A stretch of DNA of 64,000 nt, from contig JBMNFF010000001.1 of NCBI GenBank assembly GCA_050949165.1, forward strand, positions 1,622 to 65,621, read 5' to 3'. Of this stretch, positions 50,050 to 60,394 are shown piece after piece. The position numbers and the translations under genes are program-made. The DNA comes from Bacillota bacterium (GTDB lineage: Bacteria; Bacillota; Proteinivoracia; UBA4975). Below the pieces are notes generated by a model. The model ran no database searches. It had not been told where the DNA came from and saw nothing but the letters and a program-made list of their open reading frames with translations. Each line of letters begins with the position of its first letter. Positions within the stretch are counted from its first letter, which is position 1.

Positions 50050-51395
50050 TTGTCTGTAAAAGTGGATCCTTAATTTAAAGGGCCATCGCCCTCTGGTAAA
50101 ATGGAAGTGTCAGAAACAACCAATTACTGGAGGGATTGCGATGACCCGTATTAATCTTACCTTATCCGAGGAAACTTTGCACCACCTAATTTCCGGGGAT
50201 GATAAAGGAATTTCTATGTTGCTGAGAGAGGCCCTGAACCAGATTCTAGAGCACCAAAGGACTGAGCAGATTGAGGCTGCCCGTTATGAGCGAACCGAAA
50301 CTCGTCGGGGTTTGCGGAACGGCTACAAGCCTAGAAAACTTAACACCCGGGTAGGGACCCTAAACCTTCGGGTTCCCCAAATACGGGATGGCGTTTTTTC
50401 TACCGAGCTGTTTAGAAGATACCAGCGTAGTGAGCAGGCTCTAGTGCTTGCCCTTATGGAAATGGTGGTTAATGGGGTATCTACCCGTAAGGTGGCAAGA
50501 ATCACCGAGGAGCTATGTGGAACTGAGTTCTCAGCTTCAACTGTGTCTAGCTTATGCAAGCAATTAGACCCCATCGTGGAGGGGTGGAAAAACCGCAGCT
50601 TGGCTGGACAAGCCTTCCCCTTTGTCCTGGTGGATGCCCTCGTCATAAAGCTTAGGGATAATGGCCGAGTTCGTCCTCATAGTACTATGTTGGCAATCGG
50701 GATAAACGCCGAGGGCAACAGAGAGATTTTGGGGTTTCAAGTAGGAGACAGTGAGTCAGAGTCCAGCTGGACAGACTTTTTTAATTCCCTAAAAAACCGA
50801 GGTCTATCTGGGATAGACCTGGTTGTCTCCGATGACCACAGAGGGCTTGTAAACGCCGTACAGACCTGTTTCCAGGGGGTAACCTGGCAAAGGTGCCAAA
50901 CTCACTTTACCAAGAACATACTGGATAAATGCCCAAAATCATTACAGGCTGAATTGAAAGCCAGGCTCCGTACAGTATTTGAGGCGAACGACACCGAAAC
51001 GGCACGGAAGTTGGCCAAGGGTATTCACGAAGAATATGCTGATAAAGCCGCTAGGGCTGTAGAGACTCTGGACCAGGGGTTTGAGGATGCCATTGCGGTG
51101 CTGGCACTACCTGAGTACTATCGGCGAAAACTAAGGACCACCAACAGCGTGGAGCGGCTCAACGAAGAGATCCGCCGCAGGGAAAGGGTCATAAGGATAT
51201 TTCCAAATCCTGAATCGGCAGTAAGGCTGATAGGAGCGGTACTGATGGAACACCATGAGGAGTGGAGCGAAGGACGACGATACTTTGACATGAGCTCGTA
51301 CTGGTCTTGGAAAAAAGAGCAAGAATCAGCCGGTAAAAACGATTGCCGGATAAGTGCATAGATACAGTTTTGCCAGAGGCAATTTTACAGACAAA
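50050..51395 (+). mobile_element. IS256-family insertion sequence (~1.35 kb)
   Basis: Imperfect terminal inverted repeats TTGTCTGTAAAAGTGG (left) and GCAATTTTACAGACAA (right) flank the transposase gene. No clean target-site duplication was seen. Confidence 0.7.
50141..51361 (+). CDS. IS256-family (mutator-type) transposase
   Basis: 406 aa with the D...D...E core (..VLVDALVIKLR.., SDDHRGL, ..NSVERLNEEIRRR..). Confidence 0.92.
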   Translation: MTRINLTLSEETLHHLISGDDKGISMLLREALNQILEHQRTEQIEAARYERTETRRGLRNGYKPRKLNTRVGTLNLRVPQIRDGVFSTELFRRYQRSEQALVLALMEMVVNGVSTRKVARITEELCGTEFSASTVSSLCKQLDPIVEGWKNRSLAGQAFPFVLVDALVIKLRDNGRVRPHSTMLAIGINAEGNREILGFQVGDSESESSWTDFFNSLKNRGLSGIDLVVSDDHRGLVNAVQTCFQGVTWQRCQTHFTKNILDKCPKSLQAELKARLRTVFEANDTETARKLAKGIHEEYADKAARAVETLDQGFEDAIAVLALPEYYRRKLRTTNSVERLNEEIRRRERVIRIFPNPESAVRLIGAVLMEHHEEWSEGRRYFDMSSYWSWKKEQESAGKNDCRISA

Positions 51396-51485
51396 ATTGG
51401 ACTTGACCGTAGCGAAGATACGCTCGGTATTGACTTATGATTAAATAAATGTTACTGTATATTCAATTTTACTTAGGAAGAAAAA

Positions 51486-52097
51486 TTGGAGGAACAAATG
51501 AATATTAAGAAGTATTTTTCTAATAACACTGCAATTTTAACTATTATTTGTATTAATCTGATTGTCTTTATCGCAATAAACGCTTTTCCCAATCTTCGTG
51601 AAATTCTTTTATTAAATGCTGATCCCAAAATAATGTTAGAAAAACCATGGACTTTATTTACGGTCTTTTTTTCTCATGAGCTGCTGATACATATTCTATT
51701 AAACATGGTTTTGGTTTTTATCTTTGGTACTGAGCTCTATAAAGAAACAAATGCAAAGGTAGTTTATCTTGTTTATATCCTTTGTGGATTTATTGGTAGT
51801 TTATCAATCTTTATATATGCTCCTTTAATCGGATATAATGGAGGATTAATCGCAGGAGCTTCTGCAGCAGCGTTTGGGATTGTTGCAACTTATGTTATAC
51901 TGCAGCCCAATACTATGATATTAGGATCAAAGGCAAAATACTGGTTGATAGCATTATTTATTGTGAATGCTATTTTAACCATAAGAGATCCCTTGGTTTC
52001 TGTTGGCGGCCCGGCTCATGCGGTAGGTATTATAGTAGGATTGCTTTTAGGCTTGCTGCTGAAGAAAAAGCAAGTCGCAAAGAGCGGCAATGAGTGA
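51486..52097 (+). CDS. Rhomboid-family intramembrane serine protease
   Basis: Six TM helices, a GASAAAFG (GxSG) catalytic Ser and a downstream AHAVGIIVG His. The region has very low GC. Confidence 0.8.
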   Translation: MEEQMNIKKYFSNNTAILTIICINLIVFIAINAFPNLREILLLNADPKIMLEKPWTLFTVFFSHELLIHILLNMVLVFIFGTELYKETNAKVVYLVYILCGFIGSLSIFIYAPLIGYNGGLIAGASAAAFGIVATYVILQPNTMILGSKAKYWLIALFIVNAILTIRDPLVSVGGPAHAVGIIVGLLLGLLLKKKQVAKSGNE

Positions 52098-52132
52098 CTT
52101 TCACATAATACAAGAGATGTAGAGGATAAAGC

Positions 52133-52876
52133 ATGAAAAATCATAGTACTAAAAGAACAACGATTTTGGCAGTACTGCTATCGGTATTCTTATTTCAACA
52201 AGCCGCCAGCAAAATTGGTAAATATGTTGCTAATATTTTTGATTACAGCTTAATAGATAGTTATAATGTTTTTGCCTGGATTTCTGTGCACCACATTGTA
52301 CAGACACTTTTAGCTTTGGTGCCCATTATCATACTATCAAAAATTTATAACATCGATTTTGGTTTCCGTTTAGGAGATAAAAAAACAGGTTTAAAACTTA
52401 TTAGGATATACACAATTGCGATGTTAGTATATATAACTTTTACATCTGTTATAACCTATTTTGGCAATCAAATTGTTCAATATGATTATCCGTTAACTAT
52501 GACAAACATTTTAGGCTCATTGGGATTTCAACTTTTCTTGACGGGCCCTTCTGAAGAAATTCTATTCCGTGCTCTGCCGATTTCAATATTCGCTTGCGTT
52601 ATATCGAGTGAAAAAGGCATAAAAACAGGGAAACTGCACATTTCATGGCCCAATATTATTGCTGCGATATTTTTTGCTCTCGCACATATCAAATGGACCA
52701 TAAGCCCATTTTCCGTAAGCTTTGAATATATGCAACTGCTATTTTCATTAGTTTTAGGAATAATGTATGGAATCGTATATGAGAAAAGTAAAAGTGTAAT
52801 CTATCCGATGATAATGCATAGTTTGACCAACGTGGCAGTCGTTGGGGCGGGATACATATTATCTATTCTCAAGTAA
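52133..52876 (+). CDS. CPBP-family intramembrane metalloprotease (CAAX protease/Abi, bacteriocin-immunity type)
   Basis: EEILFRALP (EExxxR), FALAHI and HSLTNV motifs. Eight TM helices. Confidence 0.8.
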   Translation: MKNHSTKRTTILAVLLSVFLFQQAASKIGKYVANIFDYSLIDSYNVFAWISVHHIVQTLLALVPIIILSKIYNIDFGFRLGDKKTGLKLIRIYTIAMLVYITFTSVITYFGNQIVQYDYPLTMTNILGSLGFQLFLTGPSEEILFRALPISIFACVISSEKGIKTGKLHISWPNIIAAIFFALAHIKWTISPFSVSFEYMQLLFSLVLGIMYGIVYEKSKSVIYPMIMHSLTNVAVVGAGYILSILK

Positions 52877-53100
52877 ATGCTTTTATTCGAATCACTAATG
52901 GTATCCGTCAGTCGCACAAAATTATAAAAGCCGCTATTTTAGCGGCTATTTTTATATAACGGAACTTATTGCTTAGTCGACGGTTTGAAAGAAACCTAAC
53001 CATAGTATATGTTCCCGCTTACTGATAGTGAAAAAGTGTCTCGGACATTTCCGAAAACGGGGGAGGGCAGGGGACATCTACACAATTCTATTAAAGTAAA

Positions 53101-53329
53101 TCAATCCCCCGAAACACGTACTTCTGCACCGGATTCACGTAGAATTTTTGTCCAATACTCAATAAATTCCTTGCCCGAAGGGATGTTATCATCGGTTTTG
53201 AGACCAAGTACTCTGCTTTTGCCCACTCCGAGATTATGATAGGGCATGATCTCTGCATAACGATAGCTGCCCATATGTTTTTTTAAAAAATCCCTGAGTG
53301 TTTGTTGTAGACTAGTTTTACCGGGAATT
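53101..53329 (-). pseudogene. C-terminal ~75-aa fragment of a glycyl-radical-enzyme activating (radical SAM, PflA-like) protein, truncated by the IS21 insertion
   Basis: ...IPGKTSLQQTLRDFLKKH....MPYHNLGVGKSRVLG...PSGKEFIEYWTKILRESGAEVRV matches the PflA/activase C-terminus. The upstream part of the ORF runs into IS21 terminal-repeat DNA. Confidence 0.6.
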
Positions 53330-53463
53330 GCATGATAGGTTCCCCGGAAATTGCAAAGTAAAATTCCCTGTTTTTGCAGATAGAGAAGGCCATTGCAGCA
53401 GCCCCATAGAAACCTACCCTTGTAACGCCAATCACGAGGGAGGTAATTAGGAGGATGCTGACA

Positions 53464-54984
53464 ATGGCGCAAATTAATTGTATCAGAGAAATGTACTTTG
53501 AGAAAGGCATGAATTATGCCAGCATAGCAAGAGCCACAGGACATGATGTAAAGACAGTTAAGAAATACATCAACATGAAAGACTTTACTCAACCGCTTCC
53601 CAAACCAGCTAAAAAACGCGGGTCTAAGTTGGACAAGTATAAAGAGGAGATAGATAGCTGGTTGGAAGCAGATAAGCAGGCCCGCAAGAAACAGCGCCAC
53701 ACTGCGCGCAGAGTCTTCGATCGGCTGGCTGGAATTTATGGTCCTGAATTCAACTGTTCTTACCGGCTGGTCGCTGCGTATGTAGCAGAACGTAAGAAGG
53801 CGCTATACAGTCAGGAAACCCAATTTTTTATGCCTCTGGAACATATCCCGGGAGAGGCGCAAGTAGACTTTGGCGAAGCAGATTTTTATGAGGGCAATGA
53901 ACTCTGCAACGGCTATTACTTGAATCTCTCTTTCCCCAATAGCAATGGCGGTTACCTGCAGCTGTTCAAAGGGCAGAACATGCAATGCCTGGCCGAAGGG
54001 CTGATGAACATCTTTGCCCACTTGGGCGGCGTACCAACCAGGCTCTGGTTCGATAACCTTTCTCCAGCAGTAAAGAAAATCCTGAAAAACCATGGGCGGG
54101 AACTGACAGATTCGTTCCTGCGTTTCAAGAATCACTACGGATTTATTGCTGCGTTTTGCAACCCCGAGAGCGGTCATGAAAAAGGCAATGTGGAGAACAA
54201 AGTGGGCTACCATCGGCGCAATCTGTTGGTGCCCATCCCCCGGATAGATGACCTAAGAGCATTTAATCGCCAACTGCTTGAGAAATGCGATCGAGATATG
54301 CAAAGGCCACATTACAAGAAGGCGCTGCTGATTCAAGAGCTGTTCTTTGAGGACCGAAAAGCGCTGCTGCCACTGCCCGCTGTCCCCTATGATGAATCCG
54401 AGATTAAGAAGGTGCGCACTAACAGTTACGCTAAGTTCACATTAAATGATGGGAAGCACACTTACTCCACCGCTCCCCGTTACGCCAACAGCGAAGTATT
54501 CGTAAGGTTGACCGCTCATGACGTCATTGTTCTGGACGAGAGCTACAGGGAGGCAATTAGGCACCCCCGCCTCTACGGTAAAGAGAACAAGGAATCCATG
54601 GACTGGCTGCCATATTTGGCCCAACTGGCCCGCCGACCTGCGGCCCTAAAATACACCGGTATCTATCCCATGCTCCCTGAACCTATACAGGATTTCCTGG
54701 ACAACTGCGACTACTCGAGCAAGAAGGAAGCCTTGACAGTCTTGGCCAAGCTCAGCGAGGCAAGTGGGTTTAACAAGGCTACTGAAGCCTTCTTGACGGC
54801 CTTGGAACACGGTGTAAGCGATGCCGACAGCATCATAGCTATGTTTAGTCGACTTAACTGCGAAGTCCTAGACCTGGATCCCCTAATCCTGCCGGCCAGT
54901 GTTCCCGACATGCCCCAAGTACAAGCTAACGTAGCTGAATATGACCGCTTGTTCTTGAGTGAAGGTGGTATTCATGAAAGCTGA
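53464..54984 (+). CDS. istA: IS21-family transposase IstA
   Basis: N-terminal HTH (MAQINCIREMYFEKGMNYASIARATGHDVKTVKKY) plus the DDE core. Confidence 0.92.
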   Translation: MAQINCIREMYFEKGMNYASIARATGHDVKTVKKYINMKDFTQPLPKPAKKRGSKLDKYKEEIDSWLEADKQARKKQRHTARRVFDRLAGIYGPEFNCSYRLVAAYVAERKKALYSQETQFFMPLEHIPGEAQVDFGEADFYEGNELCNGYYLNLSFPNSNGGYLQLFKGQNMQCLAEGLMNIFAHLGGVPTRLWFDNLSPAVKKILKNHGRELTDSFLRFKNHYGFIAAFCNPESGHEKGNVENKVGYHRRNLLVPIPRIDDLRAFNRQLLEKCDRDMQRPHYKKALLIQELFFEDRKALLPLPAVPYDESEIKKVRTNSYAKFTLNDGKHTYSTAPRYANSEVFVRLTAHDVIVLDESYREAIRHPRLYGKENKESMDWLPYLAQLARRPAALKYTGIYPMLPEPIQDFLDNCDYSSKKEALTVLAKLSEASGFNKATEAFLTALEHGVSDADSIIAMFSRLNCEVLDLDPLILPASVPDMPQVQANVAEYDRLFLSEGGIHES

Positions 54985-55702
54985 AATTGCTGAGTGCTGC
55001 CGCCGCCTTCGCTTAAGCAAGAACATAGCAGAAATCTCCGACCAAGTTGAAGCTGACAGCTACCAGGAGTACCTGCTTAAGGTCCTGAAGCAAGAGGTTG
55101 CATACAGGGAAACAACCCGCAAGAACCGTCTGGTAAAACAAGCTGGTTTCTACAACTTGAAAACCTTTGATGGTTACAGCTTTGACGAAATTCGGTTGCC
55201 AACAGAGCTCTCAATTGCCGATTTAAAAGAAGTGAACTTCGTCAGGCAACAGAAGAACCTCATCTTCTACGGCAATGTAGGCACCGGCAAGACCCACCTC
55301 GCCACGGCCATAGGGATTGAAGCATGCAATAGAGGTCTATCTGTTCGGTTCTTCCGCACAGCAGCCCTGGTCAACCAACTCAGCGATGCACAGAAAAAAG
55401 GCGAGCTCAATAAACTTCTGAAACAATTAGCAAAGGCTGATCTGTTAATCTGCGATGAATGGGGATATGTCCCCCTGGACCGAGACGGTTCCAAGCTCTT
55501 GTTCCAGGTAATTTCAGACCGCTACGAGCAAAGGAGTGTGATCATCACTACCAATCTTGAATTTAGCAAGTGGGTAAACATTTTCTATGATGAGCAGATG
55601 ACGGCTGCCATGATCGACCGCTTAGTTCACCACAGCTACCTGCTATTATTCGATGGACAGAGTTACCGGATTAGGAAATCATTGATGAAAGGCTACGCAT
55701 AA
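54959..55702 (+). CDS. istB: IS21-family helper ATPase IstB
   Basis: NLIFYGNVGTGKTHLA (Walker A) and DEWGY (Walker B). Overlaps istA. Confidence 0.92.
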   Translation: MKVVFMKAEIAECCRRLRLSKNIAEISDQVEADSYQEYLLKVLKQEVAYRETTRKNRLVKQAGFYNLKTFDGYSFDEIRLPTELSIADLKEVNFVRQQKNLIFYGNVGTGKTHLATAIGIEACNRGLSVRFFRTAALVNQLSDAQKKGELNKLLKQLAKADLLICDEWGYVPLDRDGSKLLFQVISDRYEQRSVIITTNLEFSKWVNIFYDEQMTAAMIDRLVHHSYLLLFDGQSYRIRKSLMKGYA

Positions 55703-55776
55703 ATTCCCTGGCGGGGTTGTTGCAAGGGAAGTTTGCAAACACAGGGAAAAAGAGCTTGCAAAAAACAACTATTTGA

Positions 55777-56613
55777 TTGTCCTGGAGGTAATCATAGTAC
55801 TCTCCCTCAGTTTCAAATTCCATGGGGCTGTGAAACTGCTTATAGTAGGAGAGGAAATAGGTTAACAGTATGTCCCTATATTTTTGCTCTTTACTTAGGG
55901 CTGTAAATTGCTCCTCGACAAACTGAGTTAAATCTATGTTGGTTACGGTAGGCTGTTTCCCTTCGACCTGGGCGATAATTTCTTTACCCAGTTTGTGAAA
56001 GGTCATGGCGTCAATATCTTTGCCAGTCTCTTTCTTGATCCGCTCAGACATTTCTGCAGCCGAGGCATTGGTGAAGGACAAAACCAGCAGTTCATTGGGC
56101 TGGTAGGAATATCTATCTAACAGATATTTGACCTTGCCGACTATGGTCGTGGTCTTGCCACTACCGGCGCCGGCTATGACGAGATTGTTTATTTCATCCT
56201 TAATTATGCATTCCCTCTGTTGGTTATCCAGTGACCTTCCTTCGATATTAGCGAAGAGGGCGTCATAACGCTTTTTTTCCCTGGATCGCGTTGTATTTTT
56301 TGCAGATATCATTCAGGGTGGCGCATGTTTGTTTAAACTGGTCAATCTTGAGTTTGTTTCCCGGGGGTAGTTTGCGATACCGCCTGGTTTTTCTGATTCT
56401 TTCCTTCAACTCATGGACCGAGGATTTCCAGTCTGCTATGTTTTGTTGATCCATATACCTGGAATAGTCCATAATGCGGCCCAGTGCCTCGAGGGCATCT
56501 CGGCATTCCATGGCAATCTCATCCCAGGAACGAATTAGGTCGAGCTTTCGCTGTTTTCTTTTTTGTTTATAGGTGCTGTACCAGGAGGCAATTCTTCTGA
56601 ACAATATACCCAC
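55777..56613 (-). pseudogene. N-terminal part of a HelD/UvrD-like SF1 helicase gene, frameshifted at an A7 run (~56285) and truncated by the right end of IS21
   Basis: ORF 56263..56613 (N-terminal coiled region) joins ORF 55671..56312 (..NNLVIAGAGSGKTTTIVGKVKYLL.. Walker A/Ia) if A7 is read as A6. The coding sequence stops at the IS21 boundary. Confidence 0.6.
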
Positions 56614-57112
56614 CCCTGATTGGTAAATTGCATCTACATTCTATCACATTCTTTATTTTATAACCATTTGCCATAACACCTGGGTAGAGGGGGAGGGCAG
56701 ACAGAATTGGGCAATATGGAAAGTCTGCACAAAGTGGTGCGAAAGGTTTTACTTTCCAGGCAGGACATTTTTTGAATACATTGAATAACATTAAAGAACC
56801 TTAATCTGGTAGGATTTTTCCTTAGAGTTATTTTGGGGTAGTTGCCCACTATTCGGGGCTAGCTTACAAGGGGCGTGCTTTGCCTAATACCTTGGGCATT
56901 TGCGCAGCAATAACAAAAGTTTATGTCAGGACTGTCTGATATTGTAATTACAGGGACTGGAGGGGGGATAGTATGTTTGGTGAGGCGGACAGGAATGGCC
57001 AGTTTATTGGTTGCGCTGGGTATCCCAAGTACAGGAATACTGCACAGGTAAAGTGAATCGCATGTTGCATATATTGTTATAAGTGTAAGTTTGGGGAAAG
57101 GGGAGGGAGCTT

Positions 57113-58933
57113 GTGGCAAGCACATTCAAGTCCAATGACGTACCTATCGCTGAGATTTTAAAGCAGATTGCGAAAGGGGAGACCCAGCTTCCAGATTTTC
57201 AACGGGGATGGGTATGGGATGAGGAGCGGATTATTGCTCTTATTGCCAGCATTTCTAATTCATATCCCGTAGGGGCTTTAATGTTCTTAGAGTATGGTGG
57301 GGATTCGGTCAGGTTTCACTACCGTAAATTTACGGGGGTAAAAGTGGATAATACTATCCCCAATATTTTAGTATTGGATGGCCAGCAGCGTCTCACATCG
57401 ATTTACAGTGCGATGTATTCCAGGGATGCGGTTGTCACTCGTACAGATAAAAACAAAGAAATTCAAAGGTTTTTTTATCTTGATATCGAAAAATGCCTGG
57501 ATACTTCCACTGATCGCGTTGATGCTATTATTTCAGTTCCGGAGGATAAAATAATCCGGTCAAATTTCGGGCGAGTTATCGATCTAGACGTAAGCACCAG
57601 GGATAAGGAGTTTGAAAACCACCTGTTTCCGCTGAATATAGTATTTGACTTCATTGAATGTGCTAAATGGCAGAATGAGTACCAGAAATATCACGGGTAC
57701 TCGCCTGAAATATTGGATCGCTATGCGAGATTTAATGCTGAGATACTGGTGCCAATCCAGACTTATAATGTTCCTGTCATAACTTTGGGTAGGGGGACCC
57801 CTAAGGAAGCAGTGTGCCAAGTTTTCGAGAACGTTAATACCGGCGGGGTATCCTTGACAGTGTTTGAACTAGTAACTGCTATGTTTGCAGCAGATGATTT
57901 TCGGCTGAGGGATGACTGGGAAGAAAGAAAGGAACGCCTTGTTAATGAATCTGCGCTTTCAGTTTCCAACCTGGATGCAGCCGTATTATCTGTAGTGTCA
58001 CCCACTGATTTCCTTGTGGCGGCTACCTTGCTTTCCAGATACTACATCAAAGCTCAGGGTGGAGAAGCCGTTAGTTGTAAGAAGAAGGACGTCCTGCGCC
58101 TCACGCTTGGTGAATATAAGAACTATAAAGAGCAACTAACTAACGGTTTTATCCAAGCTGCCAGTTTCCTTAAGGAGCAACGCATTTTTTCTGCAAGGGA
58201 TTTACCATACAGCACACAGTTAATTCCCCTGGCAGTTATATTTACCATTCTGGGCAAGCAGGCTCATGATGTTTTTATTAAAGATAAGATTGCCCGTTGG
58301 TACTGGTGCGGCGTATTGGGCGAGATGTACGGTGGCGCCAACGAAACCAGGTATGCCACTGATGTGACTGGTATGATGGATTGGATAAATGGCGGCGAGG
58401 AACCGGATACAATTCAAAGAGCATATTTCCAGCCCACCCGGTTGCTTACCTTGCAGACCAGGCTCAGCGCAGCATATAAGGGGATAATGGCTCTGATTTT
58501 AAAAACAGGATGCTTGGATTTCATTAGCGGCAGCGCTATGGACTTCACTGTTTTCCTTGATGAAAGCACTGATATTCATCATATATTCCCGAGAGCATAT
58601 TGCGAGAGCGTTGGGCTACCGAGATCGAGGTGGAATTCGATTGTTAATAAAACGCCGTTGTTCGCGAGGACTAATAGAATTATCGGGGGCAGTGCTCCCA
58701 GTGAATACTTGAAAAAAATTGAGAGAGATGGGCGTATCACTAAGGAGCAGCTAGACGATTATGTCGCTTCGCATCTTATCGACGTGTCATGCCTAAGGGA
58801 AGACGATTTTGACACTTACTTTATTAAACGGGCAAAAGCGCTTTTGAAAGAAATCAGCTGCGCCATGGGCAAACCCATTGCCAATTTAGGTGGGGATGAT
58901 GTAATAATCGGCTTTGGCAGCTCCTTGGAGTAG
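57113..58933 (+). CDS. GmrSD-like type IV (modification-dependent) restriction endonuclease: N-terminal DUF262 (ParB/Srx-like NTPase, DGQQR) plus C-terminal DUF1524 (His-Me finger)
   Basis: VLDGQQRLTSIY in the N-terminal half and DIHHIFPRAYC in the C-terminal half. GTG start after GGGGAGGGAG. Confidence 0.8.
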   Translation: MASTFKSNDVPIAEILKQIAKGETQLPDFQRGWVWDEERIIALIASISNSYPVGALMFLEYGGDSVRFHYRKFTGVKVDNTIPNILVLDGQQRLTSIYSAMYSRDAVVTRTDKNKEIQRFFYLDIEKCLDTSTDRVDAIISVPEDKIIRSNFGRVIDLDVSTRDKEFENHLFPLNIVFDFIECAKWQNEYQKYHGYSPEILDRYARFNAEILVPIQTYNVPVITLGRGTPKEAVCQVFENVNTGGVSLTVFELVTAMFAADDFRLRDDWEERKERLVNESALSVSNLDAAVLSVVSPTDFLVAATLLSRYYIKAQGGEAVSCKKKDVLRLTLGEYKNYKEQLTNGFIQAASFLKEQRIFSARDLPYSTQLIPLAVIFTILGKQAHDVFIKDKIARWYWCGVLGEMYGGANETRYATDVTGMMDWINGGEEPDTIQRAYFQPTRLLTLQTRLSAAYKGIMALILKTGCLDFISGSAMDFTVFLDESTDIHHIFPRAYCESVGLPRSRWNSIVNKTPLFARTNRIIGGSAPSEYLKKIERDGRITKEQLDDYVASHLIDVSCLREDDFDTYFIKRAKALLKEISCAMGKPIANLGGDDVIIGFGSSLE

Positions 58934-59139
58934 CGAGAATGGGGCCAGGTCCGACCAAGGCTTTTACTCAGATGAAGGAGGGTTGCTATAGGGAGGCCTG
59001 GTCGTATTAACCCTCGAGCTTATGCGGAATGTGTACCTAAGGTTTTGGGTGGCAAGGGGCTTATGCAACAGGGATTCAAATGTGTCCTAGAGTTAGCAAT
59101 GCCATGGCTACTAGAGGTATAGCAGCAGAGGCTGTGTAA

Positions 59140-59183
59140 TGCGGAATGGACGCCAGAGGGGGGTACTTACCTCCATGGCGTCC
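59140..59183. terminator. Strong palindrome AATGGACGCCA-N19-TGGCGTCCATT (possible bidirectional terminator)
   Basis: An 11-bp perfect stem, about 200 nt downstream of the GmrSD gene and at the stop of the minus-strand ORF. Confidence 0.4.
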
Positions 59184-59589
59184 ATTTGATATTTAGTTTA
59201 TTAGCATGCGTTCCTCCGACAAGGATTCTTGCCACTGGATATCGGAATAATGAGCCTTGCTGAGGGATAGCAGGACTGGGGTATATATTTGTTGAATATG
59301 TAAAAGATGCAACATTTGGTTTTGGAGGCAACTTAATGAAACGAAATCCTTCGACAATTTTATGGAATAAACGTGGAATATTAGCAGCAGTTTTACTTGT
59401 TCCGATTTTGCCATAAGTAATAATTTTTTTATCAGCATATTTAATAAGCTTATCACCGACCGGCACAGTAACTAACCTGCCATTATCACTTGCAGTGCCC
59501 TTAAGAACGCCAATGCCTAACTTCCCACAAAGGATGGGAGTATAGTCAGTTGTTGTAAACTGTATGCGGGTGGGTTGATGCTGCCACAT
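59167..59589 (-). CDS. Hypothetical 140-aa protein
   Basis: ORF only; no recognisable motif. Confidence 0.25.
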   Translation of the reverse strand: MWQHQPTRIQFTTTDYTPILCGKLGIGVLKGTASDNGRLVTVPVGDKLIKYADKKIITYGKIGTSKTAANIPRLFHKIVEGFRFIKLPPKPNVASFTYSTNIYPSPAIPQQGSLFRYPVARILVGGTHANKLNIKWTPWR

Positions 59590-59677
59590 TTATTTATGAA
59601 GCCTTTTGCTACAGGACACCTTGCGTCCAGTGTTTAAGCAACTTCAAAAGAATTATTGCAGGATGGGAGGGGAGTAT

Positions 59678-60394
59678 GTGATATCCATTGCCACCTGGAA
59701 CATGGATTATTGGAAACGCAACAAGGAGCAGCGACAAGCTGCCTGGGACTATTTAACTGATGAAATTCGCCCGGACATTGCCCTACTCCAGGAGTGTATG
59801 CCGCCTTCTGTCATTAGCAAAGGATATAATATTATTTACCGGGAAATTGGTGGTACTAGAAATTGGGGGTCTGCGGTGTTGGCTCGCGGTTATCCCATAA
59901 AGGAAATAGATTTTGAAAACAGCCATCCTGGTTGTGTGGTAGCTACAGAAGTGGAAGTACAAGGCGTCACCTTAACGGCAATCAGCGTTTACGGAATGCT
60001 GTGTAGGTATAATTACGCGACCACGACGATGCACAGAATCCTTTCCGACTTGACTCCGTTAATACATGGCCAGAGGAGAAGCCGCACTTTCATAATGGGC
60101 GGGGATTATAATGTTAGCCCTCAATGGGATGAGCGCTATAAACACCGCGACCCCTCCCACCAGTTGGTTTTTGACCGGATCGATGATTTCAGACTGGTGA
60201 ACTGTACCCTTCAATACTTCGGAAAACTTGTCCAGACCAACCACCATTCTAGAAGCAAATTCCCTTGGCAGAATGACTTTCTGCATGCATCAAAAAAACT
60301 TGCGGCAAAGCTGGTGTCATGCAGGGTATTTAATGAAGAACATGTAAGGGAGTTCAGTGACCACGATCCAGTAGTGGCTTATTTTGAGGATTAA
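59678..60394 (+). CDS. EEP (endonuclease/exonuclease/phosphatase) family protein, copy 2; immediately upstream of a UvrD-like helicase gene
   Basis: GTG start after GGGAGGGGAG, chosen by homology to copy 1. ATWNMDYW...ALLQE...SDHDPV. Confidence 0.7.
   Translation: MISIATWNMDYWKRNKEQRQAAWDYLTDEIRPDIALLQECMPPSVISKGYNIIYREIGGTRNWGSAVLARGYPIKEIDFENSHPGCVVATEVEVQGVTLTAISVYGMLCRYNYATTTMHRILSDLTPLIHGQRRSRTFIMGGDYNVSPQWDERYKHRDPSHQLVFDRIDDFRLVNCTLQYFGKLVQTNHHSRSKFPWQNDFLHASKKLAAKLVSCRVFNEEHVREFSDHDPVVAYFED

Larger units (their letters stand above)
53330..55776 (+). mobile_element. IS21-family insertion sequence (~2.45 kb) with TTGCA-type multiple terminal repeats
   Basis: istA+istB flanked by related repeat-rich ends (left ..ATTGCAAAGT..TTCCCTGTTTTTGCAGA.., right-complement ..TTTGCAAGC..TTCCCTGTGTTTGCAAA..). 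Boundaries are good to about +/-10 bp. Confidence 0.7.

Noticed and set aside
53101-53700. Full 199-aa minus-strand ORF taken as one gene
   Set aside because: Only the distal ~75 codons resemble a glycyl-radical activase. The proximal 120 codons read through IS21 terminal-repeat DNA and the istA start region, so the ORF is a fusion artefact created by the insertion.
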